Shown: positions 16,768 to 25,541, numbered from the stretch's first letter. The stretch is 64,000 nucleotides of DNA from an uncultured Candidatus Rokubacteria bacterium (GCA_963805625.1 CAWDVE010000013.1:1-64000); one strand, 5' to 3'. The notes: a model not told the origin generated them from the sequence alone. Translations and numbers: made by a program.

Positions 16768-16871
16768 CCCCGGCAATGGGGCGTCCTATGGCAGCTCAGC
16801 ACTCGATGAGGCTCTCCAAATGCCCGGTGTGCGCAATCGCACGCCGGCTCAACACGCCGGCTCAAAGGGAC

Positions 16872-17393
16872 ATGGCCATGTTGTACTACGTCGTAACTGA
16901 AGGCCGCGCGAACATCCTCGACCGCTTAAACCTCCGTAATCGGTCGACATATGGGCTGGACTGGATGGTGTTCTACGCGAGTACCGCACGCGACTCCGTC
17001 CGGCAGTGGACGCTGTATAAGGCCGGGACGCATCCGCGGCAAGCCGACCTTGAGGCTGAGGCCGCGGGGTACCGAGCGGCCACCGCCGGCTATGCGCCCG
17101 CGTGGGAGGCTGAGCGCGAGGTGATTGCGGTCGATGCCGCTGACCGGCTCCACGCCGTGGAGACCGAGCAGGGCGTCCTGAGCGATGCGCAGGCCGATCT
17201 GGATGCTCCACGCAAAGGCCTGCGGCGAATCGCCGCGGCTGCCCCGGACCCACTCCGACCACGGCGGCGCTCATCCTCGGCGTCACCTCGACCTAAGCAA
17301 ACCGGGCGCCGGCGGACGAAGGCTAAGGCGGACACGCGGGGCCCGACGAAGAACCGGGCGCCGGCGACGAGACGACGCCGCAAGCGCCGCTAG
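16872..17393 (+). CDS. Hypothetical protein with very basic C-terminal tail
   Basis: AAGGGA RBS before MAMLYYVV; a 13-bp tandem repeat upstream (16840-16865) argues against earlier starts. Confidence 0.55.
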   Translation: MAMLYYVVTEGRANILDRLNLRNRSTYGLDWMVFYASTARDSVRQWTLYKAGTHPRQADLEAEAAGYRAATAGYAPAWEAEREVIAVDAADRLHAVETEQGVLSDAQADLDAPRKGLRRIAAAAPDPLRPRRRSSSASPRPKQTGRRRTKAKADTRGPTKNRAPATRRRRKRR

Positions 17394-17583
17394 CCGCGCG
17401 TCGCACGAGAGTGACGCCATCCTGCCGGAGCCATCACGGGCCGGTTCTCACCCTGAGATGGGCTCCACGGGCGTCCGGGCTCGTCACAGGCCCCTTCCCT
17501 GCCCGGGTCGGTTAAGATCGGTGAAGATTCAAGGCGCACCTGAGCTCCTCACACCCGTGGCAACCAATGGGTACTCCCTGTTC

Positions 17584-17599
17584 TGGCACCGACGATGCT
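17584..17599 (+). promoter_or_regulatory. Candidate sigma54 promoter
   Basis: TGGCACCGACGATGCT, GG-N10-GC; predicted +1 about 17610. Confidence 0.6.
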
Positions 17600-17611
17600 T
17601 CACCCCGATTC

Positions 17612-17714
17612 GGGGGCTACGGGGCGCGTAGTGCCACGTCTCGGAACAAGACGGCCGCGACGGTGACGACGCAGCCAAACTGATCTGGGAACTGTGAGGC
17701 GCTCCGTAGCTTCC
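17612..17714 (+). ncRNA. Candidate rod-shaped hairpin RNA (SRP 4.5S-like architecture)
   Basis: 16-bp terminal stem GGGGGCTACGGGGCGC/GCGCTCCGTAGCTTCC with G-U pairs, inner helices CACG/TGTG, TCTCGGA/TCTGGGA, GGC/GCC, GCG/CGC, apical CG-GTGA-CG. Confidence 0.55.
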
Positions 17715-18000
17715 TCGATCGTGCCCGACAAGGCCGCCGTGGCAGCCGACGCCCCGAATCGATTGGGAGGTGTTCCAGTAGCGACGGGGGGTCGCTTTGT
17801 GATGCCGGGGTTCGGTTCTCCGAGTCACGCAACGGTAGATAAACACCCGTTGTGGGTACCCGAGGGGCCGGGCCTCCAGTGTGCCCAAGAATGTGCCCGC
17901 GAGCGTTCCGGCCGCCCAATTCCATTCCATGCTCCTATCACTACGCCCAGCCCGCCATACGGTTTGCGACGGGATGAGAGCGGAGCACTCGCCGGGGACC

Positions 18001-18127
18001 GGCCGGAGACCACCGCGAAGAGCCTCGACGACCGCCGGATTCTCACGCAGCTCACGCGCTCTGACCTGGAGGAGACCCCCCTCCCCCGGACGCCAGACGA
18101 GTCCGGCCCTTGTGGTATGCCCCGGCC
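18001..18127 (-). ncRNA. Candidate rod-shaped hairpin RNA
   Basis: Nested helices GGCCGGGG/CTCCGGCC, ACCAC/GTGGT, AAGGGCC/GGCTCTT, TCTGGC/GTCAGA, GGGGGAG/CTCCTCC; G-U pairs favour the minus strand. Confidence 0.5.
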
Positions 18128-18139
18128 ATACATTTTCGG

Positions 18140-18155
18140 AGCAGCTGCCGTGCCA
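18140..18155 (-). promoter_or_regulatory. Candidate sigma54 promoter
   Basis: TGGCACGGCAGCTGCT, GG-N10-GC; predicted +1 about 18129. Confidence 0.6.
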
Positions 18156-18260
18156 CGTTGGGCAACGCGATGCACACCCGTCGACTCCCGCGCGTGACAC
18201 GACGCCCGGCGACGGCTGTCTGCGTGGGCACTTCGGCGAGCCTACCCGGCCACCCCGTCC

Positions 18261-18276
18261 TGGCCCAACACTTGCT
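18261..18276 (+). promoter_or_regulatory. Candidate sigma54 promoter
   Basis: TGGCCCAACACTTGCT, GG-N10-GC with consensus TTGCT. Confidence 0.65.
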
Positions 18277-18319
18277 CCGCCTATCCCGGGGTCTGTAGAC
18301 CCGGGCGGGAGGTGCGGCA

Positions 18320-18415
18320 ATGTGGACGCGCCAGTGCCCCAATTGCGGCCAGCGGCTTACCAAGATCGACCCGATGGAAACCGTCTACTGCCTGTGCGGC
18401 TGGGTCTGGTCCTAA
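18320..18415 (+). CDS. 31-aa zinc-ribbon microprotein (not in ORF track)
   Basis: MWTRQCPNCGQRLTKIDPMETVYCLCGWVWS; GGGAGG RBS at 18307-18312. Confidence 0.7.
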   Translation: MWTRQCPNCGQRLTKIDPMETVYCLCGWVWS

Positions 18416-19008
18416 CGACGCGCCCCGCCGCCACTGCGTCCCGAACCCGCATGGCGGCGTCGCTCTGTGCCTCGCGCACGCCGTCGCCCAATAAGCGCTG
18501 CTCGAATTGGATCGGTTGCTCACGATCTTCCTCGAGACGGTCCTGTCGCCCATGGAGCGCGCAACGGGCCGCGGCGACGTGATCAGGGCGGCACGGGATA
18601 CAGTGCGCGCGGGACTCGGCCGACCGCCAGCTCCGGCCTATGCCAAGGAGGCGGTCGGCTGTGCCGTGTCCGCCAGTGGCCTGATCTTCTTCCCGACCGG
18701 ATGGCAGCTCCTCTGGGCGCCGGCGTGGTGGGCCGGTGTGGCGGGCGATCGCACGGGGCCAGCAGCTCGACGGAAACGTCTTCGGGCTGTAGGCCGGCCG
18801 TCACACCGCCTGCCCACGCCGCCGGGCCCGATAGGCACGCTGGCGGGTTCCCGTCCGAGCCGGCGCCAGTCTCAGAGTAACGGAAGATCGTCTCGCGTCC
18901 CCGCGATTCATTCGGGTCCCTGGAGCCGGACTCGCGAACCGGTATCTCCACAAGGTCCCCGGTTCCGTTACGCGTCCGCGCGTTCGGGGGACCCGCCAGG
19001 ACCTCGCC

Positions 19009-19302
19009 CTAACGTGAGCCTTTGATCAGTCGACGGTACTCCGCCTCCGGGAACGCCTTGAGGGTTGTGGTTCTCACGTTGCCCTGGGCCGCGAGGGCCA
19101 GAGCGTACTTGGCCGCCGTCTCGTCGTCTTTGACCTCCATCACGGCGACGAAATCGTACGTCCCCATCGTGAGGTAGAAGCCGGTCATCTTCCCGCCGAT
19201 CTTGGTCAGCGCCGCCTGGGCGGCGTCGAGGCGCCGCGGTGACTCCTGGATCGTTCGCCGGCCCTGATCGGTGAAGGTCCCCAGGATGACATATGTGAGC
19301 AC
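19009..19302 (-). CDS. GYD-domain protein
   Basis: FTDQG...FYLTMGTYDFVAVME...GNVRTTTLKAF; GAGGAGG RBS. Confidence 0.9.
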   Translation of the reverse strand: MLTYVILGTFTDQGRRTIQESPRRLDAAQAALTKIGGKMTGFYLTMGTYDFVAVMEVKDDETAAKYALALAAQGNVRTTTLKAFPEAEYRRLIKGSR

Positions 19303-19368
19303 GGGATCCTCCTCTCGGAATCGAGACAGTCGGATGGCCGGCAGAACGGGCGCCGACTCCGTGCGGTC

Positions 19369-20085
19369 CTACACGACAATGCGCGACGCGAGGAGCACGC
19401 GACCGGTCACCGAAAACGACTGCATCTCGACCACGTGCCGCGTGCGATTCGGCGGGATGGCCTCATGCACCACGGTGAGCTCCAGGCGAGCTGGCGGCTC
19501 GGTGAACCGCGGTATCTCCACGCGCAACATCGTGCCGCACTGGGAGCATCGGCCCGACACCGGACCAATGGCCTCGTAGACCTCGAAGCCGTCCCCTCGA
19601 TGGGCCAGACGAAAGTCGGGCACTTGCGTCGGGAGCCTGTCCGCACTCCGCCGCCCGACGCCGCGGCGCTCGGTCCCCGGTGCGCTGCCGCCGCTCCGGC
19701 GCCGCTGCCCGCGACGGCGGTCGACCACTACCTGGACCCAGGCTGACCCCACGAAGCTTCGCCGGAGAGCCGCGAACACTTCTGGCCGGTCCGCTCGCAC
19801 GACGATCGTCCATCGCGGACGCTCGGGAGTGACGTGCCGGTCCGCCGAGGCGTCCGCCAAGCGCCGCTCCCGCACGGACTCGCTTCGCCCCTGCCAGAAG
19901 AGGACACAGAGGGAGTGCCAGGGATTCTCACCGACGACCGAATCCACCTCCGGCTCGTCGCACCCGTAGCATCTATCCTCACCGCCCGACCTCGGGTGAG
20001 GCGTGTCAGTCTGGGTCGCCGGACTGAGCATGCCGGCTCTCAGCTTCTCGACGATGCGCTTCTCACGGGCGCGCTGAGAGATCAC
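19369..20085 (-). CDS. Hypothetical protein: Zn-finger + DRR-repeat + CxxC domains
   Basis: CYGC...HSLC; IVVRADR...VVVDRRRGQRRR...ERR; CSQCG; start uncertain. Confidence 0.65.
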   Translation of the reverse strand: MISQRAREKRIVEKLRAGMLSPATQTDTPHPRSGGEDRCYGCDEPEVDSVVGENPWHSLCVLFWQGRSESVRERRLADASADRHVTPERPRWTIVVRADRPEVFAALRRSFVGSAWVQVVVDRRRGQRRRSGGSAPGTERRGVGRRSADRLPTQVPDFRLAHRGDGFEVYEAIGPVSGRCSQCGTMLRVEIPRFTEPPARLELTVVHEAIPPNRTRHVVEMQSFSVTGRVLLASRIVV

Positions 20086-20804
20086 AGGAAGCCGCCCGTC
20101 TCGCGATCGAGACCTTCGGCCATGGCCCGCTCCCACGGGGATCGCAGGATCTCACGATGTCGCACGGAGCGAACTCTAGCCGAGCCTTGTGACTCACCTG
20201 GGCCACGCAGGCATCGAGCGCCATAGTGCGTCGCACGTCGTATCGTCAGCAAGCGTGCCATCTATCTTCCCATTCTGCCCCGAGGCTTCCACCCTGAGGC
20301 AAGAACTAGCTTGAGAGGTCACATTCCGGTGAACCCGCAATCCGCACGGGTATGTCCCGTCACGCCAAACCCACGACGTCGACAGCGAGGTACTCGACGG
20401 CGGCCCATCGCGGAGGTAGGGCTCGAGCCGCGCCGGATGCCCGCGCCATGCGTCCCCGCCCGCGAGACGCGGCCGCAGTCAGTACACGTCCGGACCTCGA
20501 GCCGTGTCACGAGCGACGACGACGTGCCACGCACCAGGCGGCCCGCTTCCCGCGCCCGCCGGACGAGGGCGGTGTCCCGTGTGAGAAGCCCCCGGCACTC
20601 GGCGAGCGCGACGGCGAGGAGCCGCCCATCCGGCGCGGCGTCCGGATGCCCGGGTGTACGGCGTGTCGTGTCCAGGGGCGCGGCGCCCGCGGGAGACGCC
20701 CGAGCATCACGTCGGCGACGAGCCGCAGATCGTCCATTCAGGGCTCCAGGGACGGCGCCGCCGTTGCGGCGCCGACGATGCCATTGTATCCTTCGTCGGG
20801 CCTG

Positions 20805-21839
20805 ATGCTCCCCCCGCTCGCCGATCGGCTCTATCACGTCTTCTACGGTAGCCTGCTCTCCCGGGTTCCCGAGGCCACGGCGGTGCGCGTCGGCCAGGCG
20901 CTGTTCCGGGCGCTCCCAGTGGCGCCACTCTGGGCCCTCGCCGTCGACGACTCGAGGCTCGCCGTGGACCTCGCGGGGGTCCGCCTGCCCGGCCCCCTCA
21001 TCCTGTCCTCGATGTACTACGACCTCCGCATCCTCCGGCGGGCGATGGCCCTCGGTTTCGGTGCCGTCACGGCCAAAAGCATCACGGTCCGCCCGCGCCC
21101 CGGCCACCCGGAGCCGAACCTGGTTCGCGTGACCACGCCGGCGGGGCTGGGATTCGTGAACTGCAACGGGTTCCAGAACCCCGGCCTCGAGGCCTTCCGA
21201 TCGGCACTGCCCGGGCTCCGTCACGACCGCCCGGTCATCGTGAGCATCGCCGGCGAGTCCCCGGAGGAGTACCGGCAGCTCGTCGAGGCCCTCGAGCCGC
21301 ATGCCGACCTCGTCGAGGCCAACATATCCTCGCCGAACACGCGACTCGTCTACGAGCTGTCAGGCTCGCCGCCCCTCGTCCGCGCGCTCCTTCGCCTGGT
21401 CCGCGAGGCCACGCGGAAGCCGCTCATCCTGAAACTCTCGCCCGACTTTCCAGACGAGAATCGGAGCGCGATCATCCCGGCCGCCCTCGACGCGGGCGTC
21501 GACGCGATCAACTTCGGAAACACCCGCCGCGTCGACGAGCCGCGGCTCTCGCAGGGCTCGGGCGGCCTCTCGGGCCCCGAGCTCTTCCCAACCGTTCTCG
21601 AGACGGTGCGGGAGCTCCGCCGCACCGTGGGGCCTCACGTCGGAGTGATCGCGACGGGCGGCATCGACACTCCCGCCAAGGCCCTGGCCGCTCTCGAGGC
21701 GGGCGCCGATGCCGTCAGCTGCTTCACCGCGTTCATCACGCAAGGGCCCACGTTCCCCCGTCGGGTGAATCGGGCCCTGCTCGAAATCATCGAGCAGCGC
21801 GGTCTCCGGCGTCTCGGCGACCTCCGCGCGCCAGTCTGA
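20805..21839 (+). CDS. pyrD: Dihydroorotate dehydrogenase
   Basis: AKSIT, NCNGFQNPG, ANISSPNT, LKLSPD, GGLSG, ATGGI motifs with class 2-like N-terminal extension. Confidence 0.9.
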   Translation: MLPPLADRLYHVFYGSLLSRVPEATAVRVGQALFRALPVAPLWALAVDDSRLAVDLAGVRLPGPLILSSMYYDLRILRRAMALGFGAVTAKSITVRPRPGHPEPNLVRVTTPAGLGFVNCNGFQNPGLEAFRSALPGLRHDRPVIVSIAGESPEEYRQLVEALEPHADLVEANISSPNTRLVYELSGSPPLVRALLRLVREATRKPLILKLSPDFPDENRSAIIPAALDAGVDAINFGNTRRVDEPRLSQGSGGLSGPELFPTVLETVRELRRTVGPHVGVIATGGIDTPAKALAALEAGADAVSCFTAFITQGPTFPRRVNRALLEIIEQRGLRRLGDLRAPV

Positions 21840-22170
21840 CCGGCCGCGAAGCATCGGCGGGCCCAGCATGCCGGGGCCCGAGGGCCACCTCACCCCGCGG
21901 AGATCGCGGCGGCATGTCCGAGCGGCGGACCGTGACCTCGGCGTAGGGAGCGAGCGGCAGCGAGGCCGCCAGTGCGCGGGCGTCGGCCTCGGACCCAACG
22001 TCGACGAGCAGGGTGCCGCCGGGCACCGACACAGGGCGGCCATAAGCGAGGGCGACACCCGACGAGAGCCAGCCCAGCACCATCTCCCATTCCTTGACCG
22101 CGAGGTCGAAGTAGTCAGCAGGCGTGAGCCCGCAGGACGGCCGGAGACGACCCTCGATCAGGAACCGCAT
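21787..22170 (-). CDS. Muconolactone isomerase/YCII-like dimeric alpha-beta protein
   Basis: MRFLIE...GGTLLVDVGSEADARALAASLPLAPYAEVTV pattern. Confidence 0.6.
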   Translation of the reverse strand: MRFLIEGRLRPSCGLTPADYFDLAVKEWEMVLGWLSSGVALAYGRPVSVPGGTLLVDVGSEADARALAASLPLAPYAEVTVRRSDMPPRSPRGEVALGPRHAGPADASRPVRLARGGRRDAGDRAAR

Positions 22171-22194
22171 CCCGCTCTCCTTTCCCGGCGGCGA

Positions 22195-22884
22195 TCAGAT
22201 GAGTCCGCGCTGCGCCAGGCTCACGTGACTGCCGCGGCCGATGATGACGTGGTCGTGGACGCGCAGCCCAAGGAGGCGGGCGCCCTCCACGAGCTGCCGC
22301 GTGAGGTGAACGTCCTCCTTGGAGGGCGTCGGGTCTCCGGATGGGTGGTTGTGGACGAGGATGAGGTGGGCGGTGGCTTCGAGGATCGCCGTCCGGAAAA
22401 CCTCGCGCGGGTGCACGATCGAGGCCGACAAGCTGCCCTCTGACACCTGGACGTCGCGCAGCAGCCCGTTCTGGCTGTCGAGCAGCGCCACGCGGAAAAC
22501 TTCCTTCTTCTTTCCCTCGAGCCCGGGACCGAAGTAGCCGGCCACCTCCTCCGGGCTCGACAGGCGCACCCGCCCGCCGTTTGGTCGCGCGCGGAGGCGC
22601 CGGGACAGCTCGATCGCCGCGCCCAGCCGAACGGCCTTCGCGATACCGAGCCCGCCCACCCACGCGAGCTCCTGCACCTCGCGATCGGCCACCGCCGCGA
22701 TGGAACCGAAGGTGGCGAGCAGGGCTTGCGCCTGGTCGAGCGCCGTCTGCCCGGGAACACCGCCCCCGAGCAGGAGCGCGAGACACTCGGAGTCACTGAG
22801 GGCATCGGCCCCCTTCGTGAGAAACCGCTCGCGCGGTCGGTCCTCGGCTGGCCACTCGCGAATCGGGGGACGCTGGCCGTTCAC
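22195..22884 (-). CDS. radC: RadC family JAB-domain protein
   Basis: RPRERF...LSDSECLALLL; VHPREVF, HNHPSGDPTPSKED, DHVII. Confidence 0.95.
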   Translation of the reverse strand: MNGQRPPIREWPAEDRPRERFLTKGADALSDSECLALLLGGGVPGQTALDQAQALLATFGSIAAVADREVQELAWVGGLGIAKAVRLGAAIELSRRLRARPNGGRVRLSSPEEVAGYFGPGLEGKKKEVFRVALLDSQNGLLRDVQVSEGSLSASIVHPREVFRTAILEATAHLILVHNHPSGDPTPSKEDVHLTRQLVEGARLLGLRVHDHVIIGRGSHVSLAQRGLI

Positions 22885-22898
22885 ACCTCACGGTGCAG

Positions 22899-22914
22899 AG
22901 CAACGTCGATGCCA
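22899..22914 (-). promoter_or_regulatory. Sigma54-type promoter upstream of radC
   Basis: TGGCATCGACGTTGCT, near-consensus -24/-12. Confidence 0.6.
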
Positions 22915-23057
22915 GGACGAGCGGGGCAAACACAAAAGCCTATCGGCGCGAGGTTACGCGTGGGGACACGCGCTCCCGCGCCACACACCCGTATCGGCCG
23001 GTGGACGGAACTGACTCCGCGGCGTCACGGCCGTTCAGCCCGCCGCGCGGAGATCGA

Positions 23058-23543
23058 TCAGGCCGGATCGATCAAACCCGGTGGCCAACCCGGGGGCGCC
23101 CCGGCGATCTCGACGATCCGCGGCTCGTTGCCGGCGCCCTGGATATGGACGCGCACCGCGCGGAGCGGCAGCAGAAGCTCGGCCTTCTCCGCCCACTCGA
23201 TCGCGGTGACGCCGTCGCCGTCCATCAGCTCCTCGAGGCCGAGCCTACGGATCTCCTCGAGGCTCTCGGTGCGATAGAGGTCCACGTGGTAGAGGGGGAG
23301 ACGCCCCGCGTGCTCGGCGATCATGATGAAGGTGGGGCTCGTCACGGGGCCCTCGACGCTGAGCCCGGCGGCGAGACCCTGGATGAAGCAGGTCTTGCCT
23401 GCCCCGAGGTCACCGCTGAGCGCGATCACGGTGCCGGGCGGCGCGCACCGGGCGAGCCCGGCGGCAAGCGCTTGGGTCGACTCGGCGCTTGGGCAGGAGA
23501 CCGTAACCGGGCTGCGAGCCGCCGCGGGCCGGGACCCGCTCAC
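23058..23543 (-). CDS. tsaE: tRNA threonylcarbamoyladenosine biosynthesis ATPase
   Basis: GDLGAGKT, VTSPTF, HVDLYR, IEWAE. Confidence 0.95.
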   Translation of the reverse strand: MSGSRPAAARSPVTVSCPSAESTQALAAGLARCAPPGTVIALSGDLGAGKTCFIQGLAAGLSVEGPVTSPTFIMIAEHAGRLPLYHVDLYRTESLEEIRRLGLEELMDGDGVTAIEWAEKAELLLPLRAVRVHIQGAGNEPRIVEIAGAPPGWPPGLIDPA

Positions 23544-25117
23544 GCGCCGTCCGCGTGGAGAATGCGGCGGATCGCCGCCGGAATCGCATCGGCCACGTCC
23601 CCCGCGAGGAGACCGGCCTCGCCGCGCGCTTCCGCCGCGAGGTCCCCGGCCAGGCCGTGAAGGTAAACCGCGGCGCTCAGCACCGCGGCCGGCGCGACGC
23701 CCTGGGCGAGAAGCCCGCCCGCGATCCCCGTGAGCACGTCGCCGGTGCCGCCCGTCGCCATCCCGGGATTGCCCGTCGGGTTCACCGTCACCCGGCCGTC
23801 AGGACTCGCCACCACGGTCCGCGCGCCCTTGAGCGCGATGAGGGCACCGCTCTCGACCGCCAGACGCCGGGCGCTCGCGATCCGGTCCGTCTGCACGTCG
23901 ACGATCCCGCAGCCGAGAAGCCGCGCCGCCTCGCCCGGGTGCGGCGTCAGGAGCCGCGGCGCCCGCGCCTCGCGGCAGAGCCCGAGGCGGCCGGCGAGCG
24001 CCGTCAGGGCGTCGGCGTCCACGACCATGGGGCGCGCGACGTCCCGCACCAGGGTCTGGACGGCGGCCTGCGTCTCTGGATCGAGGCCAACCCCGGGGCC
24101 GAGGGCCACCGCATCCATGCGCGACAGGAGCTCGACGATCCGCTCCACCGCCTTCGCAGAGAGCGTCCGCGCGGCGGTCTCCGGGAGAGGCTCCGTCATG
24201 GGCTCCGGCAGGTGGCCCGCCACCACGGGCTGCTGCGAGGCCGGCGTCGCGCACGTGACGAGGCCCGTGCCCGCCCGCAGGGCACCGAGGCAAGCGAGCA
24301 CCGCCGCGCCGGTCCTCCCGACGGAGCCGGCGACGACGAGGAGATGTCCGTAGCTCCCCTTGTGGGCGTCGACCGGTCGCCGCGGAAGAGCCTCCCGGAC
24401 GTCGGCCGCCTCGACCAGGGCCGTCGGGATCCCCTCCCCGAGCCACGCGCGAGGGATGCCCAGGTCGGCGATCTCCACGCGGCCGGCGTACGCCACGCCC
24501 CCCGGCAGGACGAGCCCGAGCTTCGGCAACCCGAAGGTCACGGTGACACGCGCCCGCACGACGGGACCCGCGGCACCTTCACCGTCGGACGGGAGCCCCG
24601 AGGGCAGATCGAGCGCACAGACGGGCCGCCCCGCGGCCCCCGCCGCATTGATGGCCTCGATCGCCGCCGCGATCGCGCCCGTCGCCGGGCCGCGCACGCC
24701 CGTCCCCAGCAGCGCATCGACGACGACGTCGGCGTCCCCGAGCGCGGCGCGGAGGCGATCGGCGGCACTACCGCCCGCGTCGGGCGCCTCGGTCACGCTC
24801 TCGCCGGCCCGCCGGAGCGCCTCCAGGTTCACGCGCGCGTCCCCCTGTACGTCGCTGACCCGCCCCACGAGCCACGCGGAAACCCGAGCGCCCCGGCCAA
24901 GCAAGTGGCGCGCCACGACGAAGCCGTCGCCGCCGTTGTTACCCTTCCCGCAGACGACCGCGATGCGTCGGCTGCCGACCGGGCCCAGCACGCGCTCGAG
25001 CGCGTCAACGGCCCCGCGGCCCGCATTCTCCATCAGCAGGAGGCTCGGCACGCCGTAGTGCTCCGTCGCACGCCGGTCGGCGCGACGCATCTCCTCGGCT
25101 ATCGCCAGTGGGATCAC
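23540..25117 (-). CDS. nnr: Bifunctional NAD(P)H-hydrate epimerase/dehydratase
   Basis: LMENAG, GKGNNGGDG, DALLGTG, DLPSG, HKGSYG, TPHPGE, ATGGTGDVL. Confidence 0.95.
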   Translation of the reverse strand: MIPLAIAEEMRRADRRATEHYGVPSLLLMENAGRGAVDALERVLGPVGSRRIAVVCGKGNNGGDGFVVARHLLGRGARVSAWLVGRVSDVQGDARVNLEALRRAGESVTEAPDAGGSAADRLRAALGDADVVVDALLGTGVRGPATGAIAAAIEAINAAGAAGRPVCALDLPSGLPSDGEGAAGPVVRARVTVTFGLPKLGLVLPGGVAYAGRVEIADLGIPRAWLGEGIPTALVEAADVREALPRRPVDAHKGSYGHLLVVAGSVGRTGAAVLACLGALRAGTGLVTCATPASQQPVVAGHLPEPMTEPLPETAARTLSAKAVERIVELLSRMDAVALGPGVGLDPETQAAVQTLVRDVARPMVVDADALTALAGRLGLCREARAPRLLTPHPGEAARLLGCGIVDVQTDRIASARRLAVESGALIALKGARTVVASPDGRVTVNPTGNPGMATGGTGDVLTGIAGGLLAQGVAPAAVLSAAVYLHGLAGDLAAEARGEAGLLAGDVADAIPAAIRRILHADGA

Positions 25118-25151
25118 GTGCCCGGCCTCCCGCACCCGACGCGGGCCGACC

Positions 25152-25541
25152 TCACGGTGCGCCCTCGCCCTCGGCGAGGACCTGCGCCACCGCCAGGCCC
25201 GCGTCGTGGCTCAGCGAGACGTGGAGGCGCCGGACGCCGCGAGCTTCCCCGAGCTCGGCCGTCCGTCCCGAGAGAGCGAGCCGCGGCGGCTGGCCCCGCC
25301 CCCGGCGCACCTCCATCTCCCGCCATCGCACCCCCATCGAGAGGCCGGTGCCGAGCGCCTTCAGCGTCGCCTCCTTCGCGGCGAAGCGGGCAGCCAGGTG
25401 CTGGGCGGGATCATGGCGGCGTAGGGCGTACGCGAGCTCCGCCTCCGTGAAGACGCGCTGGAGGAACCGATCCTGCCAGCGCTCCATCAAGCGGCGAATT
25501 CGCGCGATCTCCACGACGTCGATGCCGATTCCGACGACCAA
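25152..25541 (-). CDS. acpS: Holo-[acyl-carrier-protein] synthase
   Basis: GIGIDVVEI, AARFAAKEATLKALGTG, HVSLSHD. Confidence 0.95.
   Translation of the reverse strand: MVVGIGIDVVEIARIRRLMERWQDRFLQRVFTEAELAYALRRHDPAQHLAARFAAKEATLKALGTGLSMGVRWREMEVRRGRGQPPRLALSGRTAELGEARGVRRLHVSLSHDAGLAVAQVLAEGEGAP

Noticed and set aside
17529-19025. Many overlapping 100-260 aa ORFs
   Set aside because: No recognisable motifs or convincing RBS, Arg/Pro/Gly-rich shadow composition; 18507-19025 may be a decayed gene but could not be assigned
20352-20804. 150-aa N-terminal extension of PyrD
   Set aside because: Low-complexity, non-homologous; similarity begins near ATG 20805
23555-25450. 631-aa plus-strand ORF, and similar ones at 29518-31089 and 33552-34670
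   Set aside because: Antisense shadows of nnr/acpS, folP/ftsH and argS
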